This document shows, one piece after another, positions 13,294 through 24,728 of a DNA stretch of 64,000 nucleotides. Source of the DNA: Octopus vulgaris (taxonomy: Eukaryota); contig OX597819.1 in the NCBI GenBank assembly GCA_951406725.2, positions 132,618,001 to 132,682,000 on the forward strand, in the 5' to 3' direction. The position numbers and the translations under genes were made by a program. The first letter of the stretch is position 1. Every line of letters starts with the position of its first letter. The notes beneath the pieces were generated by a model. The model searched no databases and had not been told where the DNA came from. It saw only the letters and a program-made list of their open reading frames with translations.

Positions 13294-13481
13294 ACAAAGT
13301 GGAGGTGTAGGGTACCGCACGAGTGGAATCATATACAAAGAAGGTTTGAAAATGCAATTTAAAAGATGTTTATTTACTTTACTGGTTTCACTCTTTAGAA
13401 AAGATTGACAATCTTTTTCCAAAGAGTGAAACCGGTAAAGTAAATAAACATCTTTTAAATTGCATTTTCAAACCTTCTTTC

Positions 13482-13487
<6 letters not shown>
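13290..13487. mobile_element. Fold-back pseudo-LTR fragment (palindrome 13331-13487)
   Basis: ~77-bp arms centred at 13408; GAAACCGGTA (hammerhead 3' half with palindromic stem III) at 13428-13437; (TA)n on both sides. Confidence 0.7.
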
Positions 13488-13562
<75 letters not shown>

Positions 13563-13784
13563 ATCAATATAGGGTGCCAAAAAAAATTCTGTAGAATTCT
13601 TTTGCCACCAGCGGCCTAGTGGAAAAATTAAATAGTCATAAACCATTTTTAAGTTCAACATCACAATCAAGGAACGGCCATAATAGGCCATTCACCCACT
13701 AGAAATAACAGCCAAAAACTTCAACCGCAAAATAACATCAATTCCGTAAACCAGGAGAAAATTAAAAAAACATTTACCCTGTAA

Positions 13785-13889
13785 TTTCTTATACGATGCA
13801 CCGTTTCGTCTACTGTTTAATGGTAAACTAACCTGATTAAATTAAATCAAGCCAATCTACCATAGGCCCTTAGATTCATCAGTAAGAAA
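13785..13889 (-). ncRNA. Type-I hammerhead ribozyme with long stem II
   Basis: Reverse complement of 14393-14497. Confidence 0.75.
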
Positions 13890-14392
13890 TAGCCAAGTCG
13901 GAGCAGATATTTTTCACGAGGCATTCCCGTCCCTGCCTCGGCAATATCTGACCTAAAATTTTCAAATCGTCGCACTCGCGCCAAATTTATCGGCAGTAAA
14001 TAAATATAAGCCGCCGATTCCATTACGGAATTAACCAGAAAATTCATAATTAATCAATATAGGGTGGCAAAGCTTTTGGCTGTTATTTCTAGTGGGTGAA
14101 TGGCCTATTATGGCCGTTCCTTGATTGTGATGTTGAACTTAAAAATGGTTTATGACTATTTAATTTTTTCCCACTAGGCCGCTGGTGGCAAAAAATTCTA
14201 CAAAATTTTTTTTGCCACCCTATATTGATTAATTATGAATTTTCTGGTTAATTCCGTAATGGAATCGGCGGCTTATATTTATTTGCTGCCGATAAATTTG
14301 GCGCGAGTGCGACGATTTGAAAATTTTAGGTCAGATATTGCCGAGGCAGGGACGGGAATGCCTCGTGAAAAATATCTGTTCCGACTTGGCTA

Positions 14393-14497
14393 TTTCTTAC
14401 TGATGAATCTAAGGGCCTATGGTAGATTGGCTTGATTTAATTTAATCAGGTTAGTTTACCATTAAACAGTAGACGAAACGGTGCATCGTATAAGAAA
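14393..14497 (+). ncRNA. Type-I hammerhead ribozyme with long stem II
   Basis: tttctta-CTGATGA-[~68-nt hairpin: tcta/taga, atggtaga/tttaccat, ttggcttgatt/aatcaggttag]-GAAA-cggtgcatcg-TA-taagaaa; predicted cleavage after GUA at 14490. Confidence 0.78.
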
Positions 14498-14821
14498 TTA
14501 CAGGGTAAATGTTTTTTTAATTTTCTCCTGGTTTACGGAATTGATGTTATTTTGCGGTTGAAGCTTTTGGCTGTTATTTCTAGTGGGTGAATGGCCTATT
14601 ATGGCCGTTCCTTGATTGTGATGTTGAACTTAAAAATGGTTTATGACTATTTAATTTTTTCCCACTAGGCCGCTGGTGGCAAAAGAATTCTACAAAATTT
14701 TTTTGCCACCCTATATTGATTAATTATGAATTTTCTGGTTAATTCCGTAATGGAATCGGCGGCTTATATTTATTTGCTGCCGATAAATTTGGCGCGAGTG
14801 CGACGATTTGAAAATTTTAGG

Positions 14822-14871
<50 letters not shown>

Positions 14872-16184
14872 TATATATGTATATATATGTATATTTACGA
14901 ATGTATGTATATACATTCGTGCATATATGCTTGTGTATGCATGTGAATATGTGCGAGCACATCTACACACCCACACATACATAAGTATTTATTTTCACGA
15001 TGCATCCTCTTGTGTTTGTTGATACTCCAAGTTAACCGTTCCGTGTCCGTTACTCAACGACCAGAATTAGGTTCAGATCCTTAAACGTATTTGCTAATGA
15101 GTTGGGTACCCACCCCCACATATGTAGCGAAAGTCACACCAAAAATTGATTGTTATTGCAGTCGGAATTCTATTTTTGCAGCAGGTTATTTAAAGGTTGT
15201 TAGTTTTCGTGTCAGAATTTTGACACCGATTCTTGTTTTCCTATTATCTCCAAATGTTCCTTGAGAACATTGGCTCAGGTAAGAGGGTGCTTTTAAAAGT
15301 ATGGTGTCCTAGTTTCAACTGCTGTGGCGATTCGTAAGGAATTCTTTTGGTTACATAAAACAATTGAAGAATATGGTTGAAGACCCTTCTTCCTAAGCAA
15401 AGCAGACAACATACAGCTTGATGTTCCCGGCATATCTGGAAATTGGAAAGAATATAGCAAATTTATAAATTCCACGACAATAAAACACTTGTCTCTCTCT
15501 TACTTATTCAGCCTGTTCAACTTCAAATCGCATTTTCTCAAATTAGCGAAAACTTATGCGTTTGATAAGGTAGTTCTAAATGCATTATTCTCTACAATGA
15601 GACAGTCACGGCTGGATTTGGTACCATCCATCAACTACTTGACAATTTATAGATTACTCTCTTTCTTTTTCTCTCTCCTTCTTCCTCTCTCTATATGGCT
15701 CTGTGTATATCTACATACATTCAACCGTCCATTATGCACACACACACAGACACACAGACACACACACCCACACAGACACACACACATTCATATATATAAC
15801 CATTTTTTTTCTTCCTATACCTAATTATGAGTAATAAGCTAGCAATTACAACCTAAACACAAAATAAGACATTTATGAGCAATGATATTCTTCATAAATG
15901 TTTCTATATCATAATTTAAGCGATATAAACATTTCACGGTTAAACAGAAACCTTCTACCTCACCACAACCGAAAATTCGGTGGATGAGATGGTTGGCTGT
16001 CTTTAGAGCCATCAACGGAGCGGTAGAGCGGAACATAACAGATACGAGAATATTGAGTCTGTGGGAAGACTCGTTCTCTTCTTCTGTTCTACATAATAAA
16101 TATATAATTGAGAGCCGAATACATACATACATACATATATGCATACATACATACACACACATCTCTCTCTCTTTCTCTCTCTCT

Positions 16185-16252
<68 letters not shown>

Positions 16253-16366
16253 GTGTGTATATATATGTGTGCATGTATGGATATATATATTTAAACGTAC
16301 ACATACATACATATACATACATACATATACATAAATATATATACATATATATATATATATACATAC

Positions 16367-16399
<33 letters not shown>

Positions 16400-16450
16400 C
16401 ATATATATACATATACATATATATACATATACATATATATATACATATAC

Positions 16451-16517
<67 letters not shown>

Positions 16518-16554
16518 TATATACATATATACATATACATATATACATATATAC

Positions 16555-16613
<59 letters not shown>

Positions 16614-16621
16614 CATACATA

Positions 16622-17030
16622 TGTACGTAAAAGAAAATACCTGCGCCGGACTATTGAGAAACTTGCAGTTACTCTATCCAAGATTATAGGTTCGGGCCTA
16701 TACCTGTAATTATTAGGGCACTGGGATATGTAACATACTGCCTAAGTACTAATCTTAAGAAATTAGTCTTCTCAAAACCAGAAAGGAGAAAGCTGATTCG
16801 AAGACTACAAATTCAAGCCATCATTGTATCTGTTAGCAACTGTAAAACTTTCCAGAAAGTTTATTATTTCAATATATATACGAGAATGTCTAGATATGGA
16901 AGTATATGCATGAGGAGACATGCGTAAAACGAAACATACAAATATGAACAAATACACACATACACACATACATACAACTCCATACATACAAAGCAACCCT
17001 GTTGATGTTGCTGAAATTTCAATGGAGCCT
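16622..17030 (+). mobile_element. 5'-truncated R4/Dong-like (restriction-like endonuclease) non-LTR retrotransposon 3' end
   Basis: Translates across a frameshift to [37 protein letters not shown]; homologous to 28860-29097 and 26285-26650. Confidence 0.65.
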
Positions 17031-17109
17031 GTATATATGTATGTGTGTATATATGTAAGTATGCGTGTGTGTGGGTGAATGTGTATATACATGCATATAC
17101 TTATCTCTC

Positions 17110-17340
17110 TACGATTCATACATCTATCTTTTATTTTACGGGGATGTACTTGCACAGCGAGTGACTTGATCTGAGATCGTGTGCTGGAACGAAAACAATT
17201 GCAGCGTGGAAGGTGTTTGTAAGCCATTTAAGAAACACACAAAAACCGTTCGATTCACTTCAACATTTAATTTGTCAAAATATTTTCGTCGCTTTCAGAC
17301 CGCGATGACCTCTTCACTGACAAAATTCCCTGCTGCATCT
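17110..17340 (-). mobile_element. Short repeat (family H3) with hammerhead-like motif at 17271-17324
   Basis: Second copy at 57715-57921; minus strand tttgtca-GTGAAGA-g-gtc..cgc..gcgac-GAAA-atat-TT-tgacaaa. Confidence 0.6.
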
Positions 17341-17622
17341 CTTGTTATCTTTTATTTGTTTTCGTCACTGGTGTGTGGCCGTGCTGGAGTATCGCCATGA
17401 AGAATTTAATCGGACAAGTCGACTGCGTTACTTATATTGAAGTCTGCTATTTATTTTTTGGGTAACTTTTAACGAACCGTTAAGTTACGTGGAGTGGGGT
17501 GTAAAGAGAAATGACTCCTGTTGTCGACCAGACATAGACACATATATATTTGACAGACTTCCACACAGTTTCCATCTGCTTGCTTGCAAAGCGTGCTCTT
17601 GACTACACGGCTATGCATGCGC

Positions 17623-17663
<41 letters not shown>

Positions 17664-17669
17664 TGAGGT

Positions 17670-18316
17670 AGGTACAATAAATTCAGAGTGAATACTTGAT
17701 AAATGTAAGCACATGTATATGCCGGCTAGTAACATATGTGATAGGATATATGTATCAAATGAAATAAAATGAAAAACAGAACACAAAGGATGTCGCGGTA
17801 CATATGTTTCGAGCTTCATAGAACAACTTATTCTTGCATCAATGCATAATCGACATAACAGATAGTTTAAAAGCCCTCTTCAGCCGCATGCAATTGCTAC
17901 ACCAAAGACTTGTATCACATTATGAAAGGTTTGAGAGAGAACATTTGGTATTGTTTATAATGGTAGGTAAACCGCGTATCACTGGGAAAGTATGATTGTA
18001 AATCTTCATAATCAAATAGGCGTACAGGGTATTATTGGACTCCAAAAAATCGTCCATGATTTACAAACATACTTTCTCAGGATATGCGGTTTACCTACCA
18101 TTATAAATAATACCAAATGTTCCTTCTCAAACCTTTCATAATGTGATACAAGTCTTTGGTGTGGCAATTGCATGCGGCTGAAGAGGGCTTTTTAAACTAT
18201 CTGTTATGTCGATTATGCATTAATGTAAGAATAAGCTGTTTTATAAAGCTCTCGAAACATATGTACCGCGACATCCTTTGTGTCCTGTTTTTCATTTTAT
18301 TTCATTTGATACATAT
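17670..18316. mobile_element. Inverted pair of Penelope-type pseudo-LTRs (family H4), each with a hammerhead (17795-17887 minus; 18174-18269 plus)
   Basis: ~260-bp inverted arms (about 17747-18005 and 18057-18316); gcgg-CTGAAGA-gggct...agctctc-GAAA-catatg-TA-ccgc; (TA)n flanks; third copy at 33718-34060. Confidence 0.8.
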
Positions 18317-18335
18317 ATAAATATATATATATATA

Positions 18336-18420
<85 letters not shown>

Positions 18421-18426
<6 letters not shown>

Positions 18427-20676
18427 GTGACACCGACACTACTCTCGGATCACAACATGGTAGAGCTGACCATGTACGGGCCAAAGGAAAGCATGGACAT
18501 GCAGCCTACAAGAAACCCTCAGAATCTTTCCAGCTTGAACTTCGATAAGGCAAACTGGAAACAAATTGAGAAAGAGATCCTCAAACAAAACTGGCCTGAA
18601 TGTCTCTCCTCGCCAGACATCGACGTGAAACTTCAACAATTCATGTCTGTAATGCAAGCCATATGCTACAAATGTGTCCCAGAGAGAAAGGCCACTGTAC
18701 ACAAGAACAAAATCCCCAGAGAGAGGAAAATTTTAATGAGACGGCGTACAAAAATTTCAAATCGCCTAAACAAACAAATTGAAAGCAGTGAAAAGTCCCG
18801 CCTGAAAATAAAACTGTTGGAAATTGAAAAATGTCTGCAACTCTCCCATGAAAAGGAAAGAGCAGACAAAGAAGCCTGGGCTATAGACAACATAAAATCT
18901 AACCCCAGAGCTTTCTACAGGTATGCCAAAGAAACAGCTACGGTGCACTGTAGGATAGGGCCACTCCTTGAAAAGGATGGCACACTCACAGGAAAACCAA
19001 TGAGGGTAAGTGAAATACTGAATGAACAATTCAAGAGTGTTTTCACTCCACCCGTTGGGCATTTCCAAATCACCAATCCAACTGACTTCTTTACCACTGC
19101 AGGTATAAAATCAGAGGCGGCGACGATAGATTACATCGATATAAAGGAAGACGATGTAATAAAGGCTATAGATGAAATGAAAACAGACTCAGCTACTGGC
19201 CCCGATGGATTGCCGGCAATCCTCCTAAAAGTATGTAAGAGAGTCCTAGCAAGACCACTGCAGTTCCTCTTTCAGAGCTTCCTTGCAGCTGGCAAACTTC
19301 CAAGAAAACTGAAGGAAGGTAAAATATGCCCTATTCATAAAGGAGGTAGCAGAGCGGAGGCCAAGAACTACAGACCTATCTCTCTGACCTCACACATCAG
19401 CAAGGTCATGGAACGAATAGTCAAAAGGAAACTGATTACCTTCCTTGAAGAAAATGACTTGCTGCCCGACACCCAACATGGTTTCCGACCAGGAAGAAGC
19501 TGTTTAACTCAGCTCCTACAACACTATGACTGGGTGCTGAAACGACTGCTCAACCACTCAAATGTGGAAGTGATATATCTCGACTTTGCAAAGGCCTTTG
19601 ATAAAGTCGATCATGGAATGATATGTCACAAACTGCGTGATCTTAGCATAGTTGGAAAACTGGGAGAATGGCTTCATGACTTTCTGAAAGATAGAAGTCA
19701 GGTGGTAGTAGCCAATTAACACGCAAATAGTGAGCGGTGTTCCGCAGGGCACTGTTTTGGGACCACTACTGTTCATAATGGCCTCTCAGACATGCCCTCA
19801 GCCACGCAGAGAGCCACGATCACAAGTTATGCAGATGATACAAAAGTCTCACAGGCAATACAGAACCCTGAGGACACTAAACGCCTGCAATGTGAGCTGG
19901 ACAAAATATACAAGTGGGCTGAAAAGAATAGCATGCAGTTCAATGCTGAAAAGTTTCAAGCTTTATGCTATCAGCATGCAAAACTAAATGCAATACCCAA
20001 TGAATACACTGGACCCGGAGGAATTGCAATCCCAGAGGCACAATCAGTGCGTGACCTGGGTATTTACATGAGTGATGACGCAACCTTTCGTGTACATGTT
20101 GCTAAATTGGCAATGAAATGTAGACGACTGGCCGGATGGATTCTTAGAACCTTTAGAACAAGAGAACAAGAAACCATGATGGTCCTCTGGAGGACACTTG
20201 TCCTAAGCCACTTTGACTATTGCTCTCAGCTATGGTCACCATCCAGTGTCAAGTTGATCACAGAACTTGAGGCGATCCAACGTAGCTACACGAAGAAGAT
20301 AGCCTCTGTGCAGAATGTAAGCTACTGGGAAAGACTCAAGAGATTAAAACTATATTCCTTGGAGCGTAGGCGAGAAAGATATGCCATAATATACATCTGG
20401 AAGATCCTGGAGGGACTTGTCCCAAACTTTGGCATCGAGAGTTACACAAATGCCAGAACTGGGCGCTACTGCGTGGTGCCAAGGACTCCAAATTTGCCAT
20501 CAAGTTGTAGGACAAGATACTGTGATAGCCTGGGCTTCCGAGGCCCACAGCTCTTCAATATCCTCCCGAAGAACCTGAGAGACCTGCATGGGGTGGATGC
20601 AGATGTCTTTAAAGTAGGACTGGATCTCTTCTTGTCAGGTATCCCAGATGAACCAACTTCACGGCAGGAGGTGTAG
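18421..20676 (+). pseudogene. LINE ORF2: end of APE endonuclease and reverse transcriptase, with two lesions (~19717, ~19780)
   Basis: SDHN, GPDG, NYRPISLTS, QHGFRPGRSC, YLDFAKAFDKVDH, GVPQGTVLGP, YADDTK, SLERRRERY motifs in three consecutive ORFs. Confidence 0.92.
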
Positions 20677-20833
20677 ATGAGGGCAGCTGCATCGAACTCT
20701 CTCATGTACCAAATGGCAGTTGCTAAAAAGCATTCGTGAAGTAAAACCATGTAGCAACACCAAATGGCGGTGCCCCAGCATGGCCACAGCTCATGAGCTG
20801 AAACTAGAATCAATCAATCAATCAATCAATCAA
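18421..20833 (+). mobile_element. 5'-truncated CR1-clade LINE inserted in (TA)n, with (ATCA)n tail
   Basis: ORF2 remnant plus 3' UTR stem-loop and tetranucleotide tail at 20809-20833. Confidence 0.9.
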
Positions 20834-20907
20834 TATATATATATACATATATATATAGACATATATACATATATATGTGTGTCTCTGTGTGTGTATATGA
20901 ATGTGTG

Positions 20908-20956
<49 letters not shown>

Positions 20957-21011
20957 TCATATACACACACAAAGACACACATATATGTATATATGTCTAT
21001 ATCTTATCTTC

Positions 21012-21061
<50 letters not shown>

Positions 21062-21152
21062 TAAAAAATGGAGTTAACGAGGTGTAAACAAGTATTTTAC
21101 TTTCGACATATGTTTCAAAAATTTGATACTATTCAAAAGAATAAATGGTATA

Positions 21153-22667
21153 GTACTTAATAAGGCACTTTCGCTTGCTCATAACAAAGCTGGTCTCACC
21201 CGAGAAGAAATTAATGTTGTGTTGGCAGCCAGAAGATCTATTATTAAATTTGATGATAAGTTGTGGGTCCGTAAAGACACACTAGATAGTTTCGATATAC
21301 CAATGGGAAGTTCTGATTCAGCACAGATAGCTGATTTGGTCTGTATATATATTCTTTTTGAAATGGCTGAAGAGTTCCCTAACATTTATGGAGGTCTATA
21401 TCGTGATGATTGTTTACTTTACCTCAAAATGTTTCCAACCAAAAGGTACAAAAAGTTAAGAATAGTTTAGTTAATTTTTTCAGTAGAATGGGCTTAAAAA
21501 TCGTTTTTGATGACGATCTGACGAAGGCCAACTTTTTAGATATTACGCTTAATTTACACAGTGATTCTTACTTCCCATATCATAAACCGTTGACCAATCT
21601 TAAGTACATTAGCAAATTTAGTAATCATCCTGGAGCAATTACTAAGAATTTAGTTAAGAATATTTCATTTAGATTATCTAAATTATCTGCTAATGATGAT
21701 ATTTTCAATAATAACGCTGAATTCTATAACTCTGCCTTAATCAAAGCAGGTTATACAGAAAAAAATTTCTACATTGATTCTGCTCAGTCTAATTGTAAAT
21801 TCAATAATGTAGTCGATTTCTAGTCGTAAAAGAATTATTGATAACAAACATAACTTACGCACCGATACAAAGCGAATGAAGGCAGATAACCCTTATTTAA
21901 TCCCCTATTATCGATCTAAAAGTAAATATAACACCTTCAAAAGTAATTACGCTATGAATACTAGTAAAAATATTTGGTTAATAATTCCTTACGGGAGACA
22001 AATTAAATCTAATCTCCCACTGCTGTTTCGTCAAGCTATTGCTAGGAATTTTCCAAACAATTCTAGATATTACTCTATAATTAATTCACATAAGGTTAGG
22101 ATAGGTTTTTCAAACACAAAAAATCTCTTGCAAATTATATCTTCTCATAATAACAAACTGTTAAATATTAATACATTTACTAATACTAACATTAATTTAG
22201 CTAATACCATCCAACCCTCTAGAAATATTAATAACAAGGTTATTGTATCTGAAGTCAATTCCAATAGAATTAAATTTATGTCAAGTAACTCTAAGATTAA
22301 AAATTCTATATACCAGTGTATAATCAGTACTCGTAATAAAGTACGATTTTACATTGGAAGCACATCGTTAGAGTTATCTAAAAGAATTTCTATCCATTAC
22401 TCAACATTTAGGGATAGAAATAAACGGAATAGTACCGGTCTCAGCAAACTGATTTGGGATTTAAAAGACCACAATGAACAATTTCATTTAGAATGGTTGA
22501 TCCTCTCAATTTCGATACCATATGACAAAGGCAAGAAATTCTGTCTTCTCTGCAATTCTGAGCTATTTTTCATTATTTTTTCTAAAAATACTCTAGTAAA
22601 CACGGTTATAGAGCGAGCATACAGATGTAAGCATTGGCAAAAACATACATTTAGTGCATATAAGTAG
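21153..22667 (+). pseudogene. Penelope RT C-terminal half and GIY-YIG endonuclease, frameshifted
   Basis: PMGSSDSAQIADL, GLYRDD, NFLDITL, SNHP, then NSIYQC..FYIGST..KRISIH..STGLSKLIW..CLLCNSE..CKH. Confidence 0.9.
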
Positions 22668-22868
22668 TCTCTATCATTATATATAATTTAAACTTTAATT
22701 TCCTTTATATTTAACATTCACTATTAATATCCCTACTCTTTCTGTTAGCTACTTATGACGTTATATCATATAACGTTTTTTTAAACAATATTAATAGCGT
22801 TCTGTCTATCGCTATACAAATCCATCATTTTTTGCTAAAATGTCGTATTGACGAGTTTCGTTTTTTTC

Positions 22869-22954
22869 ACTTTCCCGAAGAGAAGATTGCATTGTTTATA
22901 CCATTTATTCTTTTGAATAGTATCAGTGGAATTTTCGAAACATGTGTCGAAAGT
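22869..22954 (+). ncRNA. Type-I hammerhead in Penelope pLTR (U4C variant, long stem II)
   Basis: actttc-CCGAAGA-gaagattgcattg...cagtggaattttc-GAAA-catgtg-TC-gaaagt. Confidence 0.75.
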
Positions 22955-23143
22955 AAAAATACTTGTTTACACCTGCGTTAACTCCATTTTTTATTCATAT
23001 TATTCAAAATATTCAACGTAAACACGAAGTTTCAACCTTTATAACAAGGAGTTACAACACCTTTACTTGTGAGATTTTTGCTGCCCTGGTAACTATTTAT
23101 TTATTTTTCCGTGTTAATTGTTAACAAGGTAAAAATACACTCA

Positions 23144-23239
<96 letters not shown>

Positions 23240-23269
23240 TATATATATAAATATATATATATAAATTTC

Positions 23270-23445
23270 AACATGTGATCTCTTGAGCACCACCAGCTCA
23301 AATATTTTTTCCTCTGTCTTCCCTTCTTGGGATCTTTCCTTCACCTTGTTTCCGACGAAGAGCTCCGCTCGAAACGTTAAACCCTCCTTCCCTTCTTTCC
23401 GAGCGTCAATAATACTTTAATTGTTCCACGTCCTGCGTTGCATTA

Positions 23446-23450
<5 letters not shown>
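23270..23450 (+). mobile_element. Solo pLTR (family H2) with minimal hammerhead at 23348-23382
   Basis: gttt-CCGACGA-A-gagc(tcc)gctc-GAAA-cg-TT-aaac; flanked by (TA)n. Confidence 0.65.
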
Positions 23451-23489
<39 letters not shown>

Positions 23490-23554
23490 CAAATATACAC
23501 ATATATACACACAGACAGACATACACACACGTGTGTGTCTGTGCTTTTGTATTT

Positions 23555-24205
23555 TCGCAAAGGACCATTCCTTGCACAATCCATTTTAGCCGCACACAAA
23601 TCGCTGAAACAAGTGGCAGTCTGCTCTACCAGGACACACCTATTGCAAATTCTACGTATTTTCAGCGCAGTCTGAGTATTGATAATGTTAAGAGTTTGTG
23701 TGGGACACGCTCATACGTCTTTGTAATGAATGTATGTAATGCGATATGGGCAGCAAGTTGGTTTGAAGTGCAAAATGTGTGGCAAAGTGGAAAGCTGGCA
23801 TGAAGAGTCATCTACGAAGTGATGCAGAGGAGGAAGCCGAAGGAGGAACTGCAAGACGTCATACCTGAGGATGTGTACGGGAAAAGCGTTTCGAGGACAC
23901 AATGTCCGTCTGAAGAGCTTTGAGGAGAACATTGACAGCTGGGAAACACAACCACAAGACTACCCTGCCTGGGGAAGCTGCACCAACATGGGTTCAACGT
24001 CCTACGAACAGTATTGCAGGGGCACAAAGAAAACGCGAACTACGCAAGTCGAGAGCTGATTCCTTGCTTTCAATCCCGACCTGTGGAAGGTCCTTCCGGG
24101 CTCGCATCGGACTGACTGGCCACAGCTGGATACACTGTGTCCTGTCTTCTTCCCCCACCCCAATGTGATGTCTTTGATCATCGTCAGCAACGACGGATGA
24201 ACTAA
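23555..24205 (+). mobile_element. Degenerate RTE (BovB-like) LINE 3' end
   Basis: C-terminal PTCGRSFRARIGLTGH C2H2-like motif, IDSWE, RTE-like 3' UTR. Confidence 0.7.
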
Positions 24206-24551
24206 TACTATGTATGTATGTGTACTGTTCGACTCAGTCACATATACAGTGGCGGATGTTCTTAAGCACATCCTGGTTTGGTGAGACATTGATATCAGAA
24301 TCTCATCAGTGTTGCTCAAAACACATCCAGTTCCATCGCCATAACTAATGATACTTGGTTATTCTTTCATTCATTCATGTAATGATACATATATGAATAT
24401 ACATAAACACACACATTTATTGGTAATCATACATGCACAAACACACACATATATTGATATAGATCAATACTCATGAAGGCGCGTGGCCTCGTGGTTAGGC
24501 TCAAAACTCAGTGGCACAATAGGGGGAGGGGAGGCGATCAGAAACCAGTTC

Positions 24552-24728
24552 ACTTTATAGTAAAGGTTGTTTGCCAACATAACATCGCAGTCCTTGTTTA
24601 GGGCGAATGTTGCTGTAATTTAACCCCAGGAGACATCGTCTCCAGCTGGCTATACGACATGATCTGTGTCCTTATATTTGCCAACAAGGACTGCCATGTT
24701 ACGTTGGCAAACAATCTTTACTACAAAG
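24552..24728. mobile_element. MITE-like element with ~45-bp imperfect inverted termini
   Basis: tagtaaaggttgtttgccaacataacatcgcagtccttgtt versus aacaaggactgccatgttacgttggcaaacaatctttacta. Confidence 0.55.

Larger units (their letters stand above)
13557..14824. mobile_element. 491-bp hammerhead-containing unit: ~1.05 copies on minus (13557-14070), then ~1.5 tandem copies on plus (14070-14824); retrozyme/Penelope-derived
   Basis: Period 491 (aagctttt at 14070 and 14561); copies differ by only a few substitutions; flanked by long (TA)n. Confidence 0.85.
21058..23125 (+). mobile_element. 5'-truncated Penelope-like element with inverted partial pLTR at the 5' end
   Basis: 21058-21152 is the reverse complement of ~22897-22998; RT and GIY-YIG remnants inside; (TA)n on both sides. 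Confidence 0.9.

Noticed and set aside
14235-14435. 66-aa ORF (MNFLVNSVMES...) repeated at 13847, 14235 and 14726
   Set aside because: Repetition simply reflects recent duplication of the 491-bp unit; it overlaps hairpins and the ribozyme, has no recognisable domain, and conservation cannot be assessed from near-identical copies
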